Below are positions 53,950 through 64,000 of a stretch of DNA of 64,000 nt, one piece after another. The translations under genes and the position numbers were made by a program. Source of the stretch: Eledone cirrhosa (taxonomy: Eukaryota); assembly GCA_964016885.1 (NCBI GenBank), contig OZ024759.1, positions 17,794,001 to 17,858,000 on the forward strand. Reading direction: 5' to 3'. Every line of letters starts with the position of its first letter. Positions within the stretch are counted from its first letter, which is position 1. The notes beneath the pieces were generated by a model. That model saw only the letters and a program-made list of their open reading frames with translations. It was not told the origin of the DNA and made no database searches.

Positions 53950-54320
53950 AGAGGGGTGGGGTTAGAGAGGGAGTGAAATAGAGAAATGAGGTTAGAGAGG
54001 GAGTGAAGGAGTGAGGTGGGGTTAGAGAGGGAGAGAAAGAGAAATGAGGTTAGAGAGGGAGTGAAAGAGTGAGGTGGGGTTAGAGAAAGAGAGAAATGAG
54101 GTTAGAGAGGGAGTGAAAGAGTGAGGTGGGGTTAGAGAAAGAGAGAAATGAGGTTAGAGAGGGAGTGAAAGGGTGAGGTGGGGTTAGAGAAAGAGAGAAA
54201 TGAGGTTAGAGAGGGAGTGAAAGAGTGAGGTGGGGTTAGAGAAAGAGAGAAATGAGGTTAGAGAGGGAGTGAAAGAGTGAGGTGGGGTGGGAGAGAAAGA
54301 GAGAAATGAGGTTAGAGAGT
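53950..54320. repeat. 52-bp purine-rich minisatellite, about 7 units
   Basis: GAGGTGGGGTTAGAGAAAGAGAGAAATGAGGTTAGAGAGGGAGTGAAAGAGT at 54071, 54123, 54175 and onward. Confidence 0.9.
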
Positions 54321-54378
54321 TATTAAAAGTTTTGAAAGTGAAAGTGAGAAAGGGAGAGAGAGAAGGAAATAGAGTGAA

Positions 54379-54560
54379 AATAATTGTTTCTACTTTAGGC
54401 ACAAGGCCAGCAGTTACCCAGTGCATTACTGGTACTTTATTTTATCGACCCCGTAAGGATGAAAGGCAAAGTCAACCTCGGCGGGATTTGAACTCAGATC
54501 GTAAAGGGACGTAACTATGCTGGAAAGAATGGCGTCCGACTGTCTACCGATACTGCCAAT
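54379..54560 (-). mobile_element. SINE S1
   Basis: Near-identical to other S1 copies. Confidence 0.88.
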
Positions 54561-54840
54561 ATTTATAAACATGGAAAGAAGAGTAAAAGAGAGAGAGTGG
54601 TAAGGTGTATAAAGGTGGTAAGAAGAGAAGGAGAGAAAAATATACATATAGAAGGAGAGATTGTGTTTGTGTGTGAGGCAAAACTGCTGAAGAGAAATTT
54701 GAAGTTTGAGAGAAGGAAATAATAAAATTTGTTAAAGTATATGAATGAGGGAGACAGATGGGGGTTGGTTGTTTTAGAAAGAGATGGAGAGATAGTAAAG
54801 AATGGAGAGACAGAGAGTGATAGATTCAGGGTGGGGGTGT

Positions 54841-55249
54841 TTGCCTATGTACAAAGCGAAACCTACAGTTAGTAGGCACCTCTTAACCAAATATACACCC
54901 GAATCCACTACTCCTGCCCTATCCTCCCACTCCCACCCTCTCTCTGTAAAGTTGATACCACAACATCCAGTCCAAATAAATGAGATAATGAGATCGAGAT
55001 CGTGTAGGTGTCAAAAAAAAACACACACAGTCCACGCTGTAATGTGGCCGTGTAGGTAACACGGTAAAAAGTTCCCAGTTCCACACTGTAAATGTGGTTG
55101 GTGTTAGGAAGGGCATCCAGCCGTAGAAAACCTGCCAGATAGTCCTATATGAGCGAGACACGGTCACCTGACCAACCTTGCCTCAAGTGGGACAACTCCC
55201 GTCTAACCCATGCTAGCGTGGAAGATGGACGTTAAACGATGATGATGAT
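54841..55249 (+). mobile_element. RTE A2 3'UTR
   Basis: Reverse complement of 25993-26422; (GAT)n tail. Confidence 0.85.
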
Positions 55250-55954
55250 GGATAGATAGTAAGGAATGGAAAGACAGAGGGTGATAGATGCAGGGTGGGG
55301 GTGTTTGAGAAAGAGATGGAGAGATAACAGGGGAGGGAGAGAAAGAGGGAGGGATAGATGGGGGAAGGGAGAGAAAGGTGATAGATAGAGGTAGGGTGGC
55401 AGAGAAAGAGATGGATAGACGGGAGGTGTTTGAGAAAGATGGGGTGGGGATTAGTAAAATATAAGTAGTTTTTGTTGTTGTTGTTGGTGTTCTTCTTCTT
55501 CTATAAATAGGTGTAAATACTAAATTATTTGTTTGTATCAGATGCTCCCGCTGCTGTTTCCAGACCCCCTCCACCCCACTACTCCACCCCAGGGGAACAA
55601 AAACAACCGGTAATTAAATATAGATTGTCACTAATGATGATTCTTCATTGGTAGACTTTTAGTTTAGTTGGCAGTACCATATGGTACCAGTTAGATTATT
55701 GTAGATAGCACCATCACTCTAGCCAGTTGCCTCAGGAAAAATTCTGTACACCTTGATGGAATATGTATATGTACGTATATGTGGTGTATGTATGTATGTA
55801 TGTGTGTTTGTGTGTACGTATATGTGGTGTATGTATGTATGTGTTTGTGTGTGTGCGCTTTTTTTCTTTTACCAGAGAGCATTTATGTCTGTTACAAGTG
55901 TATATGTCTATACACACACACACACAGACACCCACAAACATATACTTGCACACT

Positions 55955-56223
55955 ATCATCATCATTATCATCGTCATCGCTTTTATGTTGGTTTTTTTCC
56001 TATTTCCATGGATGAGACGAATCCTCTTCAGTACAGCATCTCGTTGCTTGTTTCTTTCCTTCATCAGGTTTAATTTCTTGAGATCAATTTTAACCACCTC
56101 CGTCCATGTCTTTCCTGGTCTTCCTCTTCCATGGCTTCCTTCCACTTAAAAACCTTTGGCACATTTTCATCCACAGTTATCATCCTCAATCTTCTCTCCT
56201 GCCCACAGCAATAGATTCCTCTT
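55955..56223 (-). mobile_element. RTE-B-like 3' fragment
   Basis: EGSHGRGRPGKTWTEVVKIDL. Confidence 0.7.
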
Positions 56224-56270
56224 ATATATGATATATATATACACATATATATATACATATATATATATAC

Positions 56271-56315
<45 letters not shown>

Positions 56316-56451
56316 CATATATATATATACATTGATGGAGTTATGAGCAAGACATGGTCACCTGACCTGGCATTGCCCACAATAGGACAACTCATCTAAC
56401 CCATGCTAGCGTAGAAGAATGGACGTAAAAAGGTGATGATGATGATGAGGA

Positions 56452-56494
<43 letters not shown>

Positions 56495-56501
56495 TATAAA
56501 A

Positions 56502-56724
56502 AAATATTTACAACAGTGACATAAACAGGTACTTAAGTTACATTGGGTTCTGGAACCCATCTCATTCAGCCTATCATAAGTTTATTCTTATGACAGGCTG
56601 AATGAGTTGGGGTCCAGACCCGACAAAACTTAAGTACCTGTTTATATTACTGTTGTAAATATTTATACTAAACTAGTCCTATAGACTGAGTGCTCTTACC
56701 CTTGGATATTTCTACCAAACTTTT

Positions 56725-56732
<8 letters not shown>
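56502..56732 (+). mobile_element. HHR cassette: palindrome with a CTGAATGA-core hammerhead on both arms
   Basis: ACAGG-CTGAATGA-GTTGGG..CCCGAC-AAAA-CTTAA-GTA^-CCTGT at 56593-56641; the other arm has GTAA; TGAGTGC at 56685. Confidence 0.72.
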
Positions 56733-56762
<30 letters not shown>

Positions 56763-57255
56763 TTAAGTCGTTTGGAAGCCTCGACAATGCAAATGGGTAA
56801 ATCTCCGGGTAACAAGGTCCGGTGGTGGAGAGAGAGATGTAAGTGGGTGTTCGTTGAGATGCGTGGTGTGTATAAGATGTGTGAGATGTGTAGAATGAAG
56901 GGAAGAGTATAAAGGATAAAAATAAAAATAACAACACAAGAGAGAGTTACCTTGGGAGAGATTTAATAGTCCCTATATATTTCGGATTCACATCCATCAA
57001 CTGGGGTTTTTTTCCGGGGTGGGGGAAAAGGTTGTCTGTCGGACAGGTCCGGAACGCGTCTTTCGCTGTTTGTTGTTTTGAATATATATATATATATATA
57101 TATATATTAATTAAAGTAACTGATTAAAGTTAATAAATATTCACTGGGAACAATTTGTCAGCATTTTCTTTTCCTTTTACGAATATATATATATATATAT
57201 ATATGTATAATATGTGTATATATATATATATGTATAATATGTGTATATATAATAT

Positions 57256-57581
57256 GGAGGCACATGGCTTAGTGGTTAGAGAATTGGCCATGCAATCGAA
57301 AGATTGTGAGTCCAATTCTCAGACCGGGTGATGTGTTGTTTCCTTGAGCAAGACACTTTATTTCACATTGCTCCAGTTTACTCAGCTGTAGAAATGAGAT
57401 GATAGGGACCCTAGTCCATATCATTCCACTGCAAAGTGGTTGTGGAGGTGCCACGGCAAAAAAAGCACCCAGTAAATGAGGTTGGTGTTAGGAAGGGCAT
57501 CCAGCTGTAGAAATCAAGCCAGAATCAGTTCCCGTCCCACCCTTGCAAGCAGGGAAAAAGCAGACGTAAAATGAAATGATG
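57256..57581 (+). mobile_element. SINE S2 with RTE-A body and RTE-B terminus
   Basis: Homologous to 41069; ends cccgtcccacccttgcaagcagggaaaaagcagacgtaaaatg. Confidence 0.85.
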
Positions 57582-57608
57582 ATATATATGTATATATATA
57601 TATATATA

Positions 57609-57673
<65 letters not shown>

Positions 57674-58048
57674 TATATATAATATACACATATATATATA
57701 TATATAATATACACATATATATATATATATAATATACACACATATATATATATCTATATATAATATACACACATATATATATATAATATACATATATATA
57801 TAATATACATATACATATATATATAATATACATATACATATATATATAATATACATATACATATATATATAATATACATATACATATATATATAATATAC
57901 ATATATATATAATATACATATACATATATATATAATATACATATACATATATATATAATATACATTTATATATATATATATATAATATACATTTATATAT
58001 ATATATATATATAATATACATTTATATATATATATATATATAATATAC

Positions 58049-58094
<46 letters not shown>

Positions 58095-58132
58095 GTATAT
58101 ATAATATACATATACATATATATATAATATAC

Positions 58133-58178
<46 letters not shown>

Positions 58179-58379
58179 GTATATATAATATACATATACA
58201 TATATATATAATATACATATACATATATATATATATTTATAATATACATTTATATATATTTATAATATACATTTATATATATATATAATATACATTTATA
58301 TATATATATATAATATACATTTATATATATGTATATATATATAATATACATTTATATATATATATATAATATACACATA

Positions 58380-58447
<68 letters not shown>

Positions 58448-58450
58448 TAT
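57582..58450. repeat. Compound (TA)n tract
   Basis: tatataatatacat units. Confidence 0.92.
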
Positions 58451-59054
58451 AAAACAAATCAGTCAATATTTAGTAGTTGATTAATCCATTGTTTTTGAGA
58501 CCAGACAGCAGAATGGATGTGCTTTATTGAAGCTAATGGTATGGGGTTGCATAACTACGAGACATTACTCAACATATTGATATCTTTATGATTTTATTTG
58601 TCTCTGAAATGGTTGTAAAAGAATGGATTAATTAACTACTAAACTTTGTTGTATTTGTTTCATTGCTCAACATTATATATAAATATAAATAAACCATCAT
58701 CAACATGATCATCATCACCGTTTTATGTCCATTTTGCTACGCTAGCATGGGTTAGATGTGCTGTCCTGTTGTGGGCAACACTAGGTCAGGTGACCATGTC
58801 TTATTCATACAGAACTGATTTCGGCTTGGTTTCTACAATATACATACATACATATATAATATATAATATATATATATATATACACACACACCTATAATAG
58901 TAGAATACTGGAGGGTTATATCTGGAGTAGTAGAGCACTCAGTCCATGGGACAAGTTTGGCAGAAGTAGTTCCATTCAGACTGAGCTGAAGATCCACATA
59001 AGGTGAAACATTTGTTCTTGGTATGGTGAATTAACTGCTGTGGAACTACTTATA

Positions 59055-59911
59055 TCATCATCATCATCATCATCATCGTTTAACGTCTATCTTCCACACT
59101 TGCCTGGGTTTGGACGGGAGTTTTCCCACTTGAGGCAAGAGTTGTTGTCTTGCTCGCATAGGACTGTCTGGCGGGTTTTCTACGGCTGGATGCCCTTCTT
59201 AGCACCAACCACGTTTACAGTGTGGACTGGGAGGTTTTTACCGTGTTACCTACACGGCCACATTACAGCGTGGACTGTGTTTTTTTTTGTCGTGACACCT
59301 ACACGACCTCATTTGTTTCGGACTGGATGTTGTGGTACCAACATAACTTTACATTGAAAGGGGTGGTGTGGATGGGGTGGGGGTAGTGGGACGGGGGTGT
59401 ATTTTTATTAGAGGTGCCTACTGACTGTAGTAGGTTTCACTTTGTACTTGGGTAAGGCAGGTCTTCTGTATTACTGTGTAGCACCAGAGATCTCGGTCCA
59501 GTGACATTGTCTTGGAGAGGTGTAAGTGTGTGAGGTCAGAATTTATCAAGTCGTCCCAGGTTTTTCTGGGTCTACCTACTCCGTGGCTACCGTCTATTTT
59601 TATTGCCCTGCACTTTTTTATACAGCTGTCGTCTTTCATGCGCATCACGTGACCATACCAACGTAGTCTTCTCTCGAGTAAACAACATCTGATCCCTCTT
59701 ATTTCTAATTTTTCCCTTAGTTCGTTTATGCTTTGCCGTTCATGTATATTACTATTACACATCCAGCGGAGCATGCAAGCTTCGTTCCTCTCCAGTCTGC
59801 GTATATCCTCTGCACACAATGCCCAGGTCTCACTGCCATGCAACATTGCTGTTCGTATGCAGGCATCATACAGCCTGCTTTTCATTTTTAGAGAGAACCC
59901 TTTAGCGGCTA
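59055..59911 (-). mobile_element. RTE family A2, 5'-truncated
   Basis: 155-aa ORF KSRLYDACIRTAMLHGSETW...ERRLRWYGHVMRM...; 3'UTR; (CAT)n on plus strand. Confidence 0.92.
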
Positions 59912-60129
59912 ATATATATATATATAAGAAAACCCCTTCGGCTGCACTCCAGCAGTTTCAACAGCTAAATCGGAATGGGTCTAGGTGTTGAAACACCGTT
60001 TTCATATAGCTCTTGAAAAGGTTGGAGCTCAGCTGCAAGGCTCCCAAATTTTTCATATTACCCACTTAACTTCCCCAAGTATCGAGTACTCTGGTGAGTA
60101 ATGGTCTAAATGGTATTTACTGCCTCCAT

Positions 60130-60161
<32 letters not shown>

Positions 60162-60165
<4 letters not shown>

Positions 60166-60278
60166 CGAAGGAAATCTGGTAAGGAACCAGATGGACCATA
60201 ATACACCAAAGTACTCAATACTTGGGTAGTAGAGTGGGTAATAGGAACGAGTAGGACCCCAGTGGTCCTACTCGTTCC

Positions 60279-60282
<4 letters not shown>
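60162..60282 (-). mobile_element. Family H3 tail starting at the predicted HHR cleavage site, with fold-back
   Basis: ATAGGAACGAGTAGGACC-ccagt-GGTCCTACTCGTTCCTAT; (TA)n on both sides. Confidence 0.75.
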
Positions 60283-60314
<32 letters not shown>

Positions 60315-60475
60315 TATATAGGTAGGAGAGGTACAAATGAATTGCGTTCACAAGCGGTTTGCTAGGGTGAACACTTGATACTCTTGTGGAGCAGAGTATC
60401 AATGGTAATAATAATAATAATGATAATAATAAAAGGGGACAGAGAATCAGTGTTGCATCATATATATATTTAATT

Positions 60476-60567
60476 ACATATTACATATGTTTCACTGTCG
60501 ATCAGCTCGAGGAACGATCGATCAATGTTCGATCTTGACTCTGGAATCAGGAACTCCTCAGATATGT
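60476..60567 (-). ncRNA. Type I hammerhead motif (CTGAGGA core)
   Basis: ACATAT-CTGAGGA-long irregular stem II-GAAA-CATAT-GTA^-ATATGT; palindromic ACATATGT. Confidence 0.65.
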
Positions 60568-60721
60568 GTTCTCACATGTAGAGACATGTATAACACTTTG
60601 GTTTTGTATTACCAGCAACTTTATAGGGCGTACTGACTGATTGTTTATCATGTGAATCATGTGAATCACCAATAATATATATATATATGTATATATATGT
60701 ATATGTATATATATACATATA

Positions 60722-61133
60722 TGGGCAGCATCTGCAGAGGATATGCGACGGCTGGAGAGAAATGAGGCAAGCATGCTCCGTTGGATGTGCAATGTCAATG
60801 TGCATGAACGACCCAGCATGAATGTGTTGAGAGAGAAACTGTGTCTGAGAGGGATAGAATGTAGTGTGCAAGAGAGGAGACTGAGGTGGTATGGACATGT
60901 GATGTGCATGGAGGATGACCGGTGAGTGAAGAAGTGCCAGGAAATGCCAGTTGAAGAAGACGTGGTAGGGGTAGACCACGAAAAACATGGGCAGAGGGGG
61001 TGAGAACAGACCTCAGATCACTGAAGCTCATGGTGGAGATGACAAGTGGAGAGATGCTGTGCTGAATAAGACCCGTCCCACCCTTGCAAGCAGGGAAAAG
61101 TGGACGTAAAATGATGATGATGATGATGATGAT
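60722..61133 (+). mobile_element. RTE family B 3' end
   Basis: MRRLERNEASMLRWMC...ERRLRWYGHVM; (GAT)n. Confidence 0.9.
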
Positions 61134-63299
61134 ATATATATATCATCATAGGCAATTATAGCAGAGCACTTCATGCAGCAGTGCTTTCTGTGACCTCTCC
61201 AGTGACTAGGTTTCTTTTTGTGTATCTCTCCTTTGTTCTGTCCTACACTATATATATATATATATATATAATTTTTCATATGTATATAAATATATAATTC
61301 TATATATATATATACATTTATATATTTAAATATGTATGTGTATATATGTGTGTGTGTAAGTTTATATATGCATGTATATACATATATATATTTAGTATGG
61401 TTTCACTTAGAAAAATCAGTGTTTGTCTATTTTCATGAAATATATTTATTGTAATTTTGTGAGAAGCTAGTCGTATTTACTGATTTATTGTCACTTTGTT
61501 TTTATTTATCGTTCAACAAGTGATGTTTTCATTGTTGTGTAGTAAAGATTTAACTAGCAGAGCAGTTACATTGCTCTTATTTTTTTGGTCATTGTTTATT
61601 TACTAGTGTTGTTTATTATCTTGATTTCTAATCTCCAGTGTTTTCATCTGTACTTAATCTGTTGTGTCGCAACTTGTTTTCATGCATGCTGTTTGTTATC
61701 CTGAAGTTTGTTGAGTTCGTTAAAATATCTGACACTTCCCACTTGTGCTGTCTGCTTCTCCATATTCTTGCTATAGATTTTTTTTTTGGTGTGTTTTTTG
61801 TCGTTGTTTTTCTCGGTTGTTAACCCCCACAGTACAGTGTTTTCCAATTGTTTTCATACTCACCAAGTAGAGAATTAAATGAAGTCCTTAAAAGAATTAA
61901 TGAATTGTAATGCATAAATCATTAGTAAGATATTGCATAATAAATCTCAAAAGTTTGTGGTTGTGCATAGCCTTGTGGTTAAGTTGTCAGATTAACAACC
62001 ATGAGGTCGTGGATAGGTTTGATTCTCTGACCAGACATTTAGAGTTGCATTGTGTCATTGAGCAAGTGCCTTCATTTCACTCATTCTACTGAAAATGAAT
62101 ACTTGCAACAGCTGAGGGTAACACTGCAAACGACTGTTGTCTTATCATTGCATAACAAATCCCTTTTGACAACTATCTTTCTCCTTAGTCCTGTAAATCC
62201 TAAGGGAGTCAAGAGGGTGCCATATTTACAAACGGTATTTCTAGCTCATTTTTTTACACCTGGTGAAGCCCATCTCCTCTCCAGGTCTGAATACAGCAGA
62301 TTTCTTCCAGAGAAGGATAGAGAGTGAGAGAATGGAAGCAAGAAACAGATATAGAGGAAGAATCAACCCAGTCTGCTATTTTTTGGATTGACCTCAAATG
62401 GATGAAAGGCAAAGATGATCTCAGTGGGATTTAGGAGAGCGGAAACGAATACTGCAAAGCATTCTATCTGAGTTTCTAACAACTGCCAATTTGCTGCCAT
62501 TTTGATAACTATGCAGCTCTTAAATATCTATTTTTCTTATTTAACCCTTTTTATTTTTTCTTCTATTTTGATTCATCCCTCTTTCAAAGGTGAAGCATTC
62601 ATTTGGGTTTTTTTTAATGATCAGAATATATTCAGCTCACCTCACCTCACCACACCTGCATAAACATTCATGTCACCAATGTTGTCCAAGAGAAAAGCAA
62701 GAATCAAACTCACATCTTCTTGATTGCAAGCCCAAGACTCTAACCACTAAGCCATGCTTTTGATACCAGCCCGGCCAAAACCATCTCTGTGTTGATGAAT
62801 GAAACCCCTCATTTCAAAGGGTTTTTACTTTAATTAAACCCTTGCAACTAATTTTATATTAGAACCATTTGTTAAATTATTATATTTGTAATGAAATAAT
62901 TAATAATTTTTGTAAATTCCTTGAAAGTGTTTCATTACCACTTTTGAATCCAACCTGCTGAAAACTGCCTCTGTTTTTATGCAACAATACAATCCATTTT
63001 AACAGGTTTCTACAGAAATTAAAACCTTGCAACATGATTTTATTTCAGAACATTCTGTTCTGTTGCAAATATCATCTTAATGAAACTCAATTTTTCAAAA
63101 TCCTTCTGAAATTCTTCATTAATTAATTAAAATAGAAATGTTTAGAAGTAGTTAGAAATATGGCAGCGAAAAGGTTAAATCAGTTGCTTTTGTTGGTTGA
63201 TGGAGATTTTGCTGTTATTCCTAGCTGGTTGTATGACCATGAAAAGGTCCTCTCATTGGCTCAAGCAAATTTTTTCATATTATATATGCTTGACAAATA

Positions 63300-63525
63300 T
63301 AGGATGTTGGATTGGCAGGATTGGTAATGCATCGGACAAAATGCTTTGTAGTATTTAGTTAGCACTCATTATGTTTTGAGTTCAAATCTTGCTGAGGTTA
63401 ACTTTGCTTTTCATCATTCTGAGATTGATAATATAAAGCCCTAGTCAATCAGTGGAGTTGATCTAATCGGATTTCTCCCGCCCCTCCCCATAGATCGTCG
63501 ACCTACAAATGTTAGAAATCATTCT
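63300..63525 (+). mobile_element. Diverged SINE S1-like
   Basis: ggattggcagga, GAGTTCAAATC, taactttgcttttcatc. Confidence 0.65.
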
Positions 63526-63888
63526 ACGGGGCTTGGCTAAAGACTTCATAGGCTGACGAAGACTAATGTTTCTGGGTATCGAATTGCAAACGAATCGAAT
63601 GTTATTAATATTAAAAAAACTGTGATTACATTTATTGTATTCAGCCATGTAAAGCAAAATTTTCTTTTTTATTTGAATTTGGCAAAGCTGGCCATTTATC
63701 GCTCATTTACAGGAAACTGACTGGCCAGTCTGCTGATATGCAAATCTGGCTGATCAGTGGATCTGCTAATATGCAGATCTGACTGATCAGCCAGTCTGCT
63801 AATATGCAAATCAGGCCGATCAGTCAGTGTGTATTTTTGAAAATAGCATATATTTTCACTAGCTCTGACAGTTTGGTAGGTGAACAGT

Positions 63889-63938
63889 GAGCTGTACTGA
63901 TGAAGAGTGATACCCAGAAACATTAGTGTCTGCAGTTC
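63889..63938 (+). ncRNA. Type I hammerhead motif (family H6), intact core
   Basis: GAGCTGTA-CTGATGA-A GAGT GAT ACCC A-GAAA-CATTAGT-GTC^-TGCAGTTC; 8-bp stem I. Confidence 0.75.
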
Positions 63939-64000
63939 TGTTCACATGCCAACATAAGAGCAAGAATGAAATGTTCATTCTTCTGAATTGAGGCTTGTTT

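Noticed and set aside
5088-58249. Numerous YIYI, CVCV and THTH ORFs
   Set aside because: Translations of dinucleotide microsatellites.
61620-61850. Minus-strand frame KSIARIWRSRQHKW…NKLRHNRL, vaguely PLE-like
   Set aside because: Similarity too weak to support without a search.

Overview
AT-rich, microsatellite-saturated eukaryotic DNA with no host-gene exon I can support. The repeat families look like those of an octopus or other coleoid cephalopod (inference). Nearly all ORF-track entries are translations of (TA)n, (CA)n, (CAT)n or (TTC)n tracts. Supportable content: 5'-truncated RTE LINE fragments of several families with (GAT)n tails; a CR1-like 3' end containing a 32 x 61-bp array; a degenerate Penelope-like element (PLE) reverse transcriptase; two tRNA-derived SINE families; piggyBac-like (TTAA) and Tc1/pogo-like (TA) MITEs; and several minisatellites. 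The main unexplained signal is about 20 intact or decayed type I hammerhead ribozyme (HHR) motifs from roughly 10 distinct families. They mostly lie in short non-coding cassettes within (TA)n tracts and often form fold-back palindromes. Several have palindromic stem III loops or non-canonical stem II closing pairs (U-U, A-A), and five families share a downstream GAGTRC motif. Two copies are truncated exactly at the predicted self-cleavage site. All folds were made by eye, and coordinates may be off by a few bases.
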